From assembly GCA_963715985.1 (NCBI GenBank), contig CAVQSP010000013.1, positions 256,001 to 320,000 on the forward strand: a stretch of DNA of 64,000 bases. Reading direction: 5' to 3'. This stretch comes from an uncultured Thermoleophilia bacterium (GTDB taxonomy: Bacteria; Actinomycetota; Thermoleophilia; UBA2241). Below are positions 31,265 through 42,371 of the stretch, in pieces (position 1 is the stretch's first letter; every line of letters begins with the position of its first letter). The position numbers and the translations under genes were made by a program. The notes beneath the pieces were generated by a model. The model saw only the letters and a program-made list of their open reading frames with translations, had not been told where the DNA came from and made no database searches.

Positions 31265-32563
31265 TCAGTCGCCGAGCGCGTCGAGGACGAGCCCGGTGAG
31301 CAGCTTGGGGTAGAAGTACGTGGACTTCTGCGGCATGACCTCGCCGCGGTCCGCGACGGCGCGCATCTGCCCGACCTCGGTGGCGTTGAGGAACGCGGCG
31401 GCGTCGAAGCCGCCGCCGGCGAGCGCGGCGAGCGCGTCCGCCACGTTCTTGACGTACTCGACCTGCTCCTCCTCCGCGCCCGGGTCCATGCCAAGCACGT
31501 CGCGGAGGACCAGGTCGTGAAGCACCGTGACCGAGAGCGCCGCGATCTCCGTCGACAGACCGGCGGCGAGGAGGTGCTGCGTCGCCGCCGGCTCGCGGGC
31601 GCGGATGGCGATGCAGACGTCCTCGCCCGCGAGGTACAGGCCGAAGACCCTGCCGGGGTCGGCCTGCTCAGGCAGCCGCTCCAGGAGGGTCCGCGCGGCC
31701 GCATGGCCGTGCACGGGCTCTCCCGCGAGGTCGAAGTACGGCCGCAGGCGCTCGAGCAGCTCGCCGAGCGGCGGCACGGCCAGGCCTTTGAGCAGGCGGT
31801 GCGTGGGGAAGACGGTGAGGCCGGGGTCCGACAGGCTGCAGAGGTACACCATGAGCATGTCGGCGCTGTGGTCGCCGGCGGCGCGCCGCTCGTCGCGGTA
31901 GGCCAGGGCGGTCTCGTAGCGGTGATGGCCGTCGGCGATGTAGACGGGGCGCTCGTGCAAGGCGGCGGATATGCGCTCGGCGACTTCGGCGCCCAGCGGC
32001 GTGATGCGGTGCAGGTTGCCGTCGCCGTCGTGCGCCTCGCGGGCGCCGGACGCGGCGGTGGCGCCGGCCGCCAGGGCCTCGCTCACGGCGTCGTCGTCGT
32101 CGGGCACCAGCAGGAAGATCTGGCTGAGGTCGGCGTGGGCCGCGCGGTACAGGCGCAGCCGGTCGACCTTGGGGCCGGCGTGCGTGCGCTCGTGTGGCCG
32201 TACGACGCCGTCCGCGAAGTCGGCGAGCCGCAGCCGTGCGATGAAGCCGCGCCGCATGCGCTCACGCCCGTCCGGGCCCACGTACGCCTGGTCGACGAGG
32301 TACATGCTCGGGGTCTCGTCGCGGCGCAGCACCCCGTCCGCCTGCCACTGCCGGAACAGGGCGGCGGAGCGGTGGTAGGCGGCTTCATCGGGCGTCTCGC
32401 CCGGCACCACCGGCATGTCCAGACGGACGACGTTGTACGGGCTGCGGGCGCGCAGCTCGGCGTTCTGGGCCGGCGAGATCACGTCGTACGGTGGCGCCAC
32501 CACGTCGTCGAGGATCACGGCGCGGTCGTAGCGGATGCCCCTGAAGGGAGTGACGTCAGCCAA
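31265..32563 (-). CDS. DUF1015 family protein
   Basis: PFRGIRY, APPYDVIS, PHERT, YIADGHHRYETAL, MPQKSTYFYPK. Confidence 0.92.
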   Translation of the reverse strand: MADVTPFRGIRYDRAVILDDVVAPPYDVISPAQNAELRARSPYNVVRLDMPVVPGETPDEAAYHRSAALFRQWQADGVLRRDETPSMYLVDQAYVGPDGRERMRRGFIARLRLADFADGVVRPHERTHAGPKVDRLRLYRAAHADLSQIFLLVPDDDDAVSEALAAGATAASGAREAHDGDGNLHRITPLGAEVAERISAALHERPVYIADGHHRYETALAYRDERRAAGDHSADMLMVYLCSLSDPGLTVFPTHRLLKGLAVPPLGELLERLRPYFDLAGEPVHGHAAARTLLERLPEQADPGRVFGLYLAGEDVCIAIRAREPAATQHLLAAGLSTEIAALSVTVLHDLVLRDVLGMDPGAEEEQVEYVKNVADALAALAGGGFDAAAFLNATEVGQMRAVADRGEVMPQKSTYFYPKLLTGLVLDALGD

Positions 32564-32581
32564 GGATGTGGACGGCTCCGG

Positions 32582-34114
32582 CTAGGGCTGGATGGTGACC
32601 GGCATGCCGACGACGATGCGGTCGAAGAGGTCGACGGCGTCCCAGTTGTGCATGCGCACGCAGCCGTGCGACGCGTAGGTGCCGATAGACGAATCCTCGC
32701 TGGGGGGCACGCCGTGCATACCAACGCCAGGGGCGCTCGTGCCCATCCAGCGCGTGCCGAGCGGGTTCTCGGTGCCCGGCGGGATGGGCTGCGCGTCCTT
32801 GGCCCAGTCGGAGTTGGGCGGCAGCCACGTGGGGTCTTTGATCTTGTCGACGACCGCGTACTCGCCCGTGGGGGTGGGGTACGCGGGCTGGCCCGTGGCC
32901 ACCGGGTAGGTCTTGATGAGCTTGCCGTCGCGGTAGAGGTACAGGCGCAGGTCGCCGATGTCCACGATGATGTGACCGCTGAGCGCGGTCAGCACGCTGC
33001 CGCCAACGAGCCCGTCCACAGTCATGCCGTACTTGGCCTGGAACGCCTTGACGGCCTTGACGGTCTTGTCGTTGTAGACGCCCGTGATGTCGGCCGTGTA
33101 CACGCCGGAGTCCCTGAGGTGCTTCTGCAGCTTCTTGACGTCCTTGCCGCGGGCGCCGGGCCACAGGTTCGCCGAGCCGAAGTGCTCCGTGCTGTCGACC
33201 ACGAACGTCTGCTTGCGCGTGACCACGTTGCCGCCCTTGTCCGAGGCGGTGACGACGACGGTGTGCTTGCCTTGGGCGAGGCCCTTGAGATCGATGGAGC
33301 CGTGCGAAGCGGGGCCCGTGAACTCCTGCTCCTCGCCGTCCACCACGAGCTTGACGTCCGGCGTGCCCAGCTGGTCCTGCGCGTTGATGCGGAACCTGAA
33401 GGAGGCGCGCTTCTCGACCTTGTCCAGGGTGGACGTCTTGAGCACTGGAGCCTCGGCGTCGACGTAGACGCTCATCTGGCGCGCCATGGAGTTGCCGGCC
33501 CGGTCTGTGGTCGTGATCGTGACGTCAGACGGGCCGTCGGGCAGCTTGGCGCTCACCGAGTAGTTGCCCGAGGCGTCGGCCTGCCCGCTCGCCTTGACGG
33601 TGGCGCTGCTGACCGTGACCTGTGAGTAGGGCTCGGTGGTGCCGCTGAACGTGGAGGGCGAGGTGTTGATGCGGCCCTGGGCGGTGGAGGCCTCCAGCTT
33701 GAGCGTGGGCACGCTCGTGTCCACGGTGAAGCGCCACTCCTTGTCCACGGCGCGGCGCAGCAGGTTGGAGCTGGAGGCGCTGAAGGTCACGGTGTGCTCG
33801 CCATCGGCCAGCCCGCGGGTCCGGAATGTGAGCGTGTCGCCGTCTTGCGACGTGCGGGCGGTGATGTCCTTGCCATCGAGGTCGACGCGCAGGTCCTTGA
33901 GGTGCGAGAGCCCATGGACGTCGAGGACGACCGTCATGGAAGGGTTCTTGACGTACGCACCGGGCCCGGGCGTCACGGCGGAGACGCGCGGGACGCCCAG
34001 TACCTGCCAGGCGGTGACGGCCGCCAACACACAAACCGCCGCGATGACGAGATAGGGCCAACGGCGGCGGCTGGGTCGAGGAGACCGGTAGACCGTGTAT
34101 GCAGAGTTGGGCAC
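32582..34114 (-). CDS. L,D-transpeptidase with Ig-like and peptidoglycan-binding domains
   Basis: N-terminal TM, Ig-like segments, VKAFQ...VDGLVG, YkuD motif HG...SHGCVRM; TAG stop. Confidence 0.92.
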   Translation of the reverse strand: MPNSAYTVYRSPRPSRRRWPYLVIAAVCVLAAVTAWQVLGVPRVSAVTPGPGAYVKNPSMTVVLDVHGLSHLKDLRVDLDGKDITARTSQDGDTLTFRTRGLADGEHTVTFSASSSNLLRRAVDKEWRFTVDTSVPTLKLEASTAQGRINTSPSTFSGTTEPYSQVTVSSATVKASGQADASGNYSVSAKLPDGPSDVTITTTDRAGNSMARQMSVYVDAEAPVLKTSTLDKVEKRASFRFRINAQDQLGTPDVKLVVDGEEQEFTGPASHGSIDLKGLAQGKHTVVVTASDKGGNVVTRKQTFVVDSTEHFGSANLWPGARGKDVKKLQKHLRDSGVYTADITGVYNDKTVKAVKAFQAKYGMTVDGLVGGSVLTALSGHIIVDIGDLRLYLYRDGKLIKTYPVATGQPAYPTPTGEYAVVDKIKDPTWLPPNSDWAKDAQPIPPGTENPLGTRWMGTSAPGVGMHGVPPSEDSSIGTYASHGCVRMHNWDAVDLFDRIVVGMPVTIQP

Positions 34115-34142
34115 GAGCCTCTTCTTGGACGGTTTCTATCCG

Positions 34143-34148
34143 ATTATA
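34143..34148 (-). promoter_or_regulatory. -10 box for the L,D-transpeptidase gene
   Basis: Perfect TATAAT on the minus strand about 29 bp upstream of the GTG start, in an AT-rich divergent spacer. Confidence 0.55.
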
Positions 34149-34274
34149 ACCCGATATCGACATTTTGAGCAGGGGTCTTGAGAAACCCAATGGGACATCC
34201 GTCCGCGGCGTCCGTCTGAGGCTCGCTCGGGCGCGGCCGGGAGGAAATCCCGGGGCCGCGCCAAATCCCGCCTT

Positions 34275-35041
<767 letters not shown>

Positions 35042-35045
<4 letters not shown>

Positions 35046-35470
35046 AGACCGTCGCCCTGATCCTTCGCGATCACCGCGAGGACCTCTGGCAGGGCTGGGC
35101 GGACGCCGCCCGCGATGTTGTCGGCGAGGACTACCGGGAGCTTATCGCGAGCCAGGTCGGCGAGCGCATGGTCCGCAGCCTCACCAACGATCTCGTGGAC
35201 TGCGCGGAGGCGGAGCCCTACGAACTGCCGGGGCTCGCGCGCCGGGCTGAAGAGCGCGTCTCCGGTGAGGCTGCGTCCCGCTTGGGCCTCGGTTTCGAGC
35301 TCCTCGACATGGTCTGCGCCCTGCAGCTGCTGCGCGGCGTGGTCCTCGACGTGCTCATGGACGCCCTGGCGACCGACGAGATGCCGTCGTTCGCCGACAC
35401 ACTCCAGCAGCTGAAGGCCGTGGACGAGCTGCTGGACGGTGTGATCCGCGCCGTGTACGCGGCCGCCTGA
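35042..35470 (+). CDS. RsbRD N-terminal-like helical protein
   Basis: GTG overlapping the larB stop; LRDHREDLWQGW...RLGLGFELLDMVCALQLLR. Confidence 0.55.
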
Positions 35471-35576
35471 GGCTGCGCCGGGCGCTCGCGGGGGGGTCCG
35501 CGCCCGTGCCACCACGGCTTGCGCCGTCTCTGAGCCGCGGCTTGCGCCGCTTCTGAGCCGCGGGTAGGGTGGCCGC

Positions 35577-36645
35577 ATGCTCCAGCTCGCCCTCATCTTC
35601 GGTGGCAGGTCGGCAGAACACGAGATCTCGGTGGCCTCTGCGCGCTTCGTCGCCGCCATGCTGGACCGCGAGGAGCTCGACGTCGTCCCCGTGGGCATCA
35701 CGCGTGATGGCCGCTGGGTCCGCCCACTGGACCTGCGAGGCGGCCCTTGCCGACGGGCTCGACAGGGCGGTCTGCGAGCCGGTCCATCTGGTCGCCGACC
35801 CGGCGCGTCCGGGCCTCAGCCTTGCGGACGGCACCTTCAGGCCGCTGGACTTCGCGTTTCCCATCATGCACGGCACGTTCGCCGAGGACGGCACCATCCA
35901 GGGCCTTCTCGAGATGGCCGGGCTGGCCTACGCCGGCTCCGGCGTCCTGGCCAGCTCTGTGGGCATGGACAAGGAGATCATGAAGGCGGTGTTCGCCGCC
36001 TGTGGGCTGCCGCAGGTGGACTACGTGGTACTGCGCGACGGCGACGCCCTGCGTGAGGACGCCGTGGCCACCGTCGAGGCGCGCCTGCAGTACCCGGTGT
36101 TCGTCAAGCCGGCCAACCTCGGCTCCAGCGTGGGCATGACGAAGGCTCATGACCGCGCCGAGCTCGGGCCGGCACTCGAGCTGGCCGCATCGTACGACCG
36201 CAAGGTCATCGTGGAGGCGTCGTCCGCCGGTCGTGAGGTCGAGTGCGCGGTGCTCGGCAACGAGGTCCCGCGCGCTTCCGTGGCAGGTGAGGTTGTGCCC
36301 GCCAACGAGTACTACGACTACGAGGCCAAGTACACCCAGGGGAAGATGGAGTTCCTCATCCCCGCACCCATCGGCGATGAGAAACAGGCCGAGGCGCAGG
36401 CTCTCGCGGCGGCTGCCTTCTCAGCCATCGACGCCAGCGGGTTCGCGCGCTGCGACTTCTTCCTCGAGCCCGACGGGCGCATCCTCGTCAACGAGATCAA
36501 CACCATCCCGGGCATGACGGCCATGAGCGGCTTTCCGCGGCTCTGGGCCGCCTCGGGCGTGGACGGCCACGCGCTCATCGCCGAGATCGTGCGGCTGGGG
36601 CTGGCGCGGCACGCCGCCCGCGGGCCGGTGCGTACCGACCACTGA
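35577..36645 (+). CDS. ddl: D-alanine--D-alanine ligase; frameshift near 35733
   Basis: FGGRSAEHEIS in frame 1; HGTFAEDGTIQG, KPANLGSSVG, YDYEAKY, NEINTIPG in frame 2. Confidence 0.9.
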
Positions 36646-36701
36646 GTCCCGCCACGGGGTCTGGGGCCGTCAGCTCACGCGGCTGGACAGCGTACCTGCC
36701 T

Positions 36702-36835
36702 CGCCCCGCTCGTTGACCCGCCTGCGGAGGTCAGTGAGCAGTGCGCCTCCGGCGCCCCGCTCGTTGACCCGCCTGCGGAGGTCAGTGAGCAGTGCGCCTC
36801 CGGCGCCCCGCTCGTTGACCCGCCTGCGGAGGTCA
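36702..36835. repeat. 51-bp tandem repeat, 2.6 identical copies, each with an internal hairpin
   Basis: Unit CGCCCCGCTCGTTGACCCGCCTGCGGAGGTCAGTGAGCAGTGCGCCTCCGG starting at 36702, 36753 and 36804. Confidence 0.92.
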
Positions 36836-37240
36836 ATCGCTGGTGCGGGTGGCGGACGGGGTCGTCATGTCGTTCACCCACTTCTTGAGGCCCAGGTAGC
36901 GCAGGTACTTGAACACGTAGGTGTCGGCGTGTCCCGTCGCGGTAACGCTGAAGACCGCGGACCCGTCCAGGGAAGTGGTGGAGGAGAAGTCGGTGAGCTT
37001 CTCGTTGCTCCGCAGCAGGGCCTGTTCCGCGGCCAGCTGGGCCGCCTTGAGGTCCGTGGTCTGCGCATATTCGACGGTGGCCGCCCTCGCCGCCCTCATC
37101 GCGTCGTCTCTGACGGACTGGTACGTCATGAAGATGGAGAAACCGTCGATCACGATGATGCCGATGACCACGATGACGATGATGAGCCAGAGGTTCTCGC
37201 GGATGAACCCGTCCTGCCCCCGCCAGCGTGAGCCTCTCAT
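36833..37240 (-). CDS. Tad/Flp-type pseudopilin-like protein
   Basis: Basic leader RGSRWRGQDG|F, hydrophobic helix, DAMRAARAA; AAGGAGG RBS. Confidence 0.6.
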   Translation of the reverse strand: MRGSRWRGQDGFIRENLWLIIVIVVIGIIVIDGFSIFMTYQSVRDDAMRAARAATVEYAQTTDLKAAQLAAEQALLRSNEKLTDFSSTTSLDGSAVFSVTATGHADTYVFKYLRYLGLKKWVNDMTTPSATRTSD

Positions 37241-37298
37241 GACCACGCCTCCTTCGCTTCGGCGACCGCCGCCCCGACCTTGGGAGCAGAACGCACGA

Positions 37299-38612
37299 CT
37301 AGTGTACCGCAGTCGCCGCGGTGAGGTGGATACAGAGCACCGCCATGTCGTCGGCGGGGGGGCGGGCGGCGAAGCCGTTCCCGGCCTCGATGAGGCGGTC
37401 GACGACGTCCGCGGCCGGCGCGTCGTGACAGTCACGGAGCACGGCGGCCATGTGGTCCTCGAAGAAGCCGCCGTCCGCGTCGCGCAGCTCCGCGATGCCG
37501 TCGGTGAAGAGCACCAGCACGTCGCCGTGGCTTAGCTCGAGGGCCTCGCTGGGGTACGGCGTCAAGGCCGCTCCGAACTCGACGCCGATGGCCGGCTCGG
37601 TGAGCAGCAGTGGCCGTTCCACGCCGGCGGCGCGCACGATGAAGGGCGTCGGGTGCCCGGCGCTCGCCAGCTGCAGGAGGCCGCGTGGCGTGTTGAGCGT
37701 GCCGAACAGGACGGTGACGTACCGATCCTGGTCCGCGCCGAAGTCGGGCTGTTCCAGGAGCGCGGTGCGTAGTTCCTGCAGCGCCTCGCCCGGATTGGTG
37801 GGCCAGGAGAGCTGGCCGCCCTGGACGGCGGCGCGTAGCACGAACTTGGTGACGAACGTGATGGCCATGGCGTCCACGCCCTTGCCGGAGACGTCACCGA
37901 TGGCGAACGCGAGGGTGCCCGGCGAGCGGCTGTAGAAGTCCAGGAAGTCGCCGCCGCTCAGCACGCCGGCGCTGGCCGAGCGGTAGGCGAAGGCCACGTC
38001 CACGCCGTCGAGGCGCGGCGGCGCGGACGGCAGCAGGCGCCGCTGCAGGCGGTCCGCGATGTCGGCTTGGGCGACGCGGTCCTCCACGAGGCGCCGCCGC
38101 TCGCCGGCGCTCTCGCGCAGGCGCAGGGCGGTGAGACGGCCGAGCGCCTGGAGCGCGTCGGCGTCGGCGGCCGTGAACGGCACGGCACGGCCGCCGACGG
38201 CCAGCACGCCGACGGCGGCCTCCCCCGGGCCGGCCAGCGGCAGCGCGAGGAAGCGCTCGCCGAGGAGCGCACCGAGGCGCTCGCCACCGTCCGCGCCCGG
38301 TGCGTCCGCAGAGAGCAGCTCGTGCGTGTCGCAGACTCCGCCCAGGCCACCGGCCTCGCGCGGCCAGCGCCGGCGCTCCGGGACCCACCCATTGCCGGCA
38401 TCGAAGACCGTGTCGCAGACGACGGCCTCCTCATCGCACAGCGCAGCGAGACCGCGCCGCGACGACGTGAGCCGGCAAGCGGCCTCCACTGCGGCGCGCA
38501 GGACTGCTTCGATGGAGCCGGCCGCAACGAGGGCGCCGAGGTCGTCGAGCAGGCGTACGAGCGCCGCCTCGCGGGCCGGTGCGTCCTCGGGCGAAGCGGG
38601 GGGGAGAAGCAC
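37299..38612 (-). CDS. GAF + SpoIIE/PP2C phosphatase (RsbU-like)
   Basis: LQRRLLP, SGGDFLD, IGDVSGKG, SAGHP, FTDGIAE, DDMAVL; TAG stop. Confidence 0.88.
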   Translation of the reverse strand: MLLPPASPEDAPAREAALVRLLDDLGALVAAGSIEAVLRAAVEAACRLTSSRRGLAALCDEEAVVCDTVFDAGNGWVPERRRWPREAGGLGGVCDTHELLSADAPGADGGERLGALLGERFLALPLAGPGEAAVGVLAVGGRAVPFTAADADALQALGRLTALRLRESAGERRRLVEDRVAQADIADRLQRRLLPSAPPRLDGVDVAFAYRSASAGVLSGGDFLDFYSRSPGTLAFAIGDVSGKGVDAMAITFVTKFVLRAAVQGGQLSWPTNPGEALQELRTALLEQPDFGADQDRYVTVLFGTLNTPRGLLQLASAGHPTPFIVRAAGVERPLLLTEPAIGVEFGAALTPYPSEALELSHGDVLVLFTDGIAELRDADGGFFEDHMAAVLRDCHDAPAADVVDRLIEAGNGFAARPPADDMAVLCIHLTAATAVH

Positions 38613-38620
38613 GCGCGGCC

Positions 38621-39163
38621 CTATCGGCGGCGCGACGCGGCGTACCACGTCACGAGCGCCTGGGCGCCCAGGGCCGTCAGGGCGACGATGAGCGTGACGT
38701 CCAGCGGCAGGCCGACCACGCCGACCACGAAGACGAAGGCCACGGCCCACAGCAGGGCGCCGGGCAGGACGCGCGCCACGAACCGGCGCCTGAATCCGAG
38801 CCACGCCAGGCGCCGGCGCATGCCGGTGCCGCGGGTGTTGTCGTCGAGGTAGCTGGAGCCTCTGGCGTGGAGCAGGGCTGTGAGCTCGCTGCCGTCCGAG
38901 GAGTAGAGCCGGCATTTGAGCGGCAGACCCTCGTTCCTGCGCAGCACCGCGTCCTCGGCCCTGGCGAAGTACTCCACGAGCGAGAAGAAGCGGTCGTCCT
39001 CGGAGAGCCTGCGACTCTCCAGACGCACTTCGAGGTACAGGCGGTTGGCGGCGGAATCGTACTTGATCTCCGAGCGCCATCCGCGCTTGTCGAAGAACGT
39101 GCCGAGGAACCGGTCGAGGTCCGCCGGGATCTTCTCCACGTCTTGTCTCTGCGTCATGGCCAC
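38621..39163 (-). CDS. Hypothetical protein with two C-terminal TM helices
   Basis: 180-aa ORF with coding-like codon bias; TAG stop. Confidence 0.6.
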   Translation of the reverse strand: MAMTQRQDVEKIPADLDRFLGTFFDKRGWRSEIKYDSAANRLYLEVRLESRRLSEDDRFFSLVEYFARAEDAVLRRNEGLPLKCRLYSSDGSELTALLHARGSSYLDDNTRGTGMRRRLAWLGFRRRFVARVLPGALLWAVAFVFVVGVVGLPLDVTLIVALTALGAQALVTWYAASRRR

Positions 39164-39289
39164 GTCCTGATTCTACCCATCGACACAGGCATCGGCAGCC
39201 GCCGTCCGGGGGTGAAGCGCCGATACGGTAGAATGCCCTAGCCAACGGGGCGGCCGTGCCGTCCACGCAAGCGGATCACAGGAGCTCCC

Positions 39290-40555
39290 GTGAAGATCGC
39301 AGTCATCGGCCTGGGCTACGTCGGCCTGCCGCTCGCCATGGTGTTCGCCGAGGCCGGGGTCGAGGTCGTGGGCATCGAGGCCGTCGCTGAGCGCTGCGCC
39401 GAGATCAACGCCGGGCGCAGCTACATCCAGGACGTGCCCGGCGAGGCGCTCGCGGCCATGGTGTACAAGGGCCTCATCCGCGCCACCACCGACTACGCCG
39501 CCACCGAGGACTGCGACGCCGACATCATCTGCCTGCCGACGCCGCTGAACGCCAATCGCGAGCCTGACCTCACGCTGGTCACCGACGCCACCGCGAGACT
39601 GGCCGGGCACCTGCGGCGCGGCCAGCTCGTGACCCTCGAGAGCACGACATATCCCGGCACCACGCGCGATGTGCTGGCGCCGATCCTCGAAGCCGGCTCC
39701 GGGCTCACGGCCGGCGTCGACTTCCACCTCGCCTTCTCGCCCGAGCGCGTCGACCCCGGGCGCACCGACTACACCACCAAGAGCACGCCCAAGGTCGTCG
39801 GCGGGCTCACGCCCGCCTGCATGGCGCGGGCGCTCGAGGTCTACGGCCCCGCGCTCGACAACGTCGTACCGGTGAGCACCCCCGAGGTCGCGGAGATGAG
39901 CAAGCTGCTCGAGAACATCTTCCGCAGCGTCAACATCGCGCTGATGAACGAGCTGGCCATGCTCTGCGACCGCATGAACATCGACGTGTGGGAAGTCATC
40001 GACGCGGCCGCCACCAAGCCGTTCGGCTTCATGAAGTTCCAGCCCGGCCCCGGGCTCGGCGGCCATTGCATCCCCATCGACCCGTTCTATCTCAGCTGGA
40101 AGGCGCGCGAGTTCGACTTCTGGACCGAGTTCATCGAACTGGCCGGCAAGGTCAACGAGAACATGCCGTACTTCTGCGTCGAGAAGCTCCATCGCGCGCT
40201 GAACACGCGGCAGAAGAGCCTGAACGGCGCCCGGCTGCTGCTGCTCGGGGTCGCCTACAAGGCCGACATCGACGACCTCCGCGAGTCGCCGGCGCTCAAG
40301 GTCATCCGCCTGCTTCGCGCCCACGGCGCCGACGTGGACTACCACGATCCGTACTGCGCCGAGCTGCCCGAGTTCGACCTGAAGTCGGTCGATCTCGAGG
40401 GGTATCGGCGCCTCGCCGGCTACGACGCCGTGGTCATCGTAACGGCGCACTCGGCGCTCGACTATCGCACCATCGTGCAGGAGGCCGACCTGGTGGTCGA
40501 CTTCCGCAACGCCACGGCCGGCATCCCCAGCGCCGGCAATATCTGGAAACTCTGA
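39290..40555 (+). CDS. UDP-GlcNAc 6-dehydrogenase family (WbpA-like)
   Basis: GLGYVGLP, ESTTYPGTT, SPERVDPG, GPGLGGHCIP, DLRESP. Confidence 0.92.
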   Translation: MKIAVIGLGYVGLPLAMVFAEAGVEVVGIEAVAERCAEINAGRSYIQDVPGEALAAMVYKGLIRATTDYAATEDCDADIICLPTPLNANREPDLTLVTDATARLAGHLRRGQLVTLESTTYPGTTRDVLAPILEAGSGLTAGVDFHLAFSPERVDPGRTDYTTKSTPKVVGGLTPACMARALEVYGPALDNVVPVSTPEVAEMSKLLENIFRSVNIALMNELAMLCDRMNIDVWEVIDAAATKPFGFMKFQPGPGLGGHCIPIDPFYLSWKAREFDFWTEFIELAGKVNENMPYFCVEKLHRALNTRQKSLNGARLLLLGVAYKADIDDLRESPALKVIRLLRAHGADVDYHDPYCAELPEFDLKSVDLEGYRRLAGYDAVVIVTAHSALDYRTIVQEADLVVDFRNATAGIPSAGNIWKL

Positions 40556-40570
40556 GAGGGAGAAACACCC

Positions 40571-41602
40571 GTGACTGCTGACAAGGTCCGCGTCGGCGTG
40601 GTCGGGCTCGGCTATTGGGGCCCCAACCTCGCGCGCAACTTCGACCGCCTGCCCGGCGCCGAGCTGGCGTACTGCTGCGACCTGGACGAGGCCAATCTCG
40701 CCAGGGCGCGCAGCTCGTACCCCGACGCCGTGGTCACCGACGACCTCGAGCGGCTGCTCGGCGACGAGACTCTGGCCGCGGTGGTCGTCGCCACCTCCGT
40801 GCCCACCCACTACGCGCTGGGCAAGCGCGTGCTGGACGCCGGCAAGCACGCGTTCATCGAGAAGCCGATCGCACTCAAGGCGGCCGACGCCCAGGACCTG
40901 CTCGACCGGGCGGAGGCCAACGACGTCAAGCTCATGGTGGGCCACCTCCTCGAGTACCACCCGGCGGTGGCCAAGATGAAGGAGCTCATCGACTCGGGCG
41001 AGCTCGGCAAGGTCTTCTACGCCTACGCCAACCGCCTCAACCTGGGCAAGGTGCGCACGGACGAGAACGCGCTCTGGAGCCTGGGCCCGCACGACGTCTC
41101 CGTGCTCAACTACCTCACCGGCGACGAGCCCGAAGAGGTCAGCGCCCGCGGCGAGTGCTACCTGCAGGACGACGTGGAGGACGTGGTGTTCGGCTACATC
41201 CGCTACAAGAGCGGCATGGTCGGGCACCTGCACGTGAGCTGGCTGGACCCGCACAAGAGCCGCAAGATCACGGTGGTGGGCGAGAAGAAGATGGTGGTGT
41301 TCGACGACATGGAGTCGGAGCGCAAGCTCACCATCTACGACAAGGGCGCCACCACCACGCGCACCAAGTTCGACACCTACGGGGAGTTCGTCACCCTGCA
41401 CTTCGGCGACATCCACATCCCCAAGATCGGCAACGACGAGCCCCTGCGTCTGGAGTGCCAGCACTTCGTGGACTGCATCGTCAAGGACGAGCAGCCGCGC
41501 AGCGACGGCCGTGACGCGCTCAACGTGGTCAAGGTGCTCGACGCCATGGAAGTGAGCCTGCGTGAGGGCGGCCGTCCGGTGAAGACGGCCGAGCTGTCGT
41601 GA
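40571..41602 (+). CDS. Gfo/Idh/MocA oxidoreductase (WbpB-like 3-dehydrogenase)
   Basis: GLGYWGPN, EKP, MVGH, SWLDPHK. Confidence 0.88.
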   Translation: MTADKVRVGVVGLGYWGPNLARNFDRLPGAELAYCCDLDEANLARARSSYPDAVVTDDLERLLGDETLAAVVVATSVPTHYALGKRVLDAGKHAFIEKPIALKAADAQDLLDRAEANDVKLMVGHLLEYHPAVAKMKELIDSGELGKVFYAYANRLNLGKVRTDENALWSLGPHDVSVLNYLTGDEPEEVSARGECYLQDDVEDVVFGYIRYKSGMVGHLHVSWLDPHKSRKITVVGEKKMVVFDDMESERKLTIYDKGATTTRTKFDTYGEFVTLHFGDIHIPKIGNDEPLRLECQHFVDCIVKDEQPRSDGRDALNVVKVLDAMEVSLREGGRPVKTAELS

Positions 41603-42312
41603 CGCTGTCCCCGTCGGAGCTGGGCCACGATCTGCTGCTCGGCGACAACGTCAGCGTGGGCCGCGACGTGGTGTTCGGCGCCCACGTCGTGGTGTACGAG
41701 GACACCGTGATCGGCGACGGCTGCTTCATCCAGGACGGCGCCGTGCTCGGCAAGGTGCCGAGCCTCTCGCCGACCAGCACGGCCAAGCGCGGCGAGCTGC
41801 CGCCGCTGGTGCTCGGCGCCGGCTGTGTGATCAGCACCGGCGCCGTGGTCTACCGCGGCACCACGCTCGGCGCCGGCTGCATCCTCGGCGACTACGCGGG
41901 TGTGCGCGAGCGCTGCACGCTGGGCGACAAGGTGGTCGTGGGGCGCGGCAGCGTGGTCGAGAACGACACGGTGATCGGCGACTTCACCAAGATCCAGACC
42001 AACGTGTACATCACCGCGTACATGACCATCGAGGACCGCTGCTTCATCGCCCCGTGCGTGCAGACCACCAACGACAACTTCATGGGGCGCACCGAGAAGC
42101 GCCACAAGCTCATCAAGGGCGCCACCGTCCGCCGCGGCGCCCGCATCGGCGGCGGCGTGGTGCTGTGCCCGGCCATCGAGATCGGCGAGGAAGCGTTCAT
42201 CGCCGCCGGCGCCGTGGTGACCAGGGATGCGCCGGCCCGTAAGGTCCTCATGGGCGTGCCGGCGCGCGTGGTGCGCGACGTCTACGAGGACGAGCTGCTC
42301 GAGAACCAGTAG
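41599..42312 (+). CDS. Hexapeptide-repeat N-acetyltransferase (WbpD-like)
   Basis: Left-handed beta-helix repeats, TNDNF, AGAVVTRD, GVPAR; TAG stop. Confidence 0.88.
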   Translation: MTLSPSELGHDLLLGDNVSVGRDVVFGAHVVVYEDTVIGDGCFIQDGAVLGKVPSLSPTSTAKRGELPPLVLGAGCVISTGAVVYRGTTLGAGCILGDYAGVRERCTLGDKVVVGRGSVVENDTVIGDFTKIQTNVYITAYMTIEDRCFIAPCVQTTNDNFMGRTEKRHKLIKGATVRRGARIGGGVVLCPAIEIGEEAFIAAGAVVTRDAPARKVLMGVPARVVRDVYEDELLENQ

Positions 42313-42371
42313 GCGGCGCCCGGCCGCGGCGCCCGTCGCGCGGCCCCTCGCGTCACACCTCGGCCCCGCTC

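Noticed and set aside
35577-36645. Programmed frameshifting or pseudogenisation in ddl, tetR, DUF2252, the decarboxylase and others
   Set aside because: Single indels scattered over about ten unrelated genes, including normally essential ddl, with no shared slippery motif, fit long-read consensus error
36702-36835. Possible mini CRISPR array (32-bp palindromic repeat x3)
   Set aside because: The two 19-bp intervening segments are identical and short, and there are no cas genes; it is a plain tandem repeat
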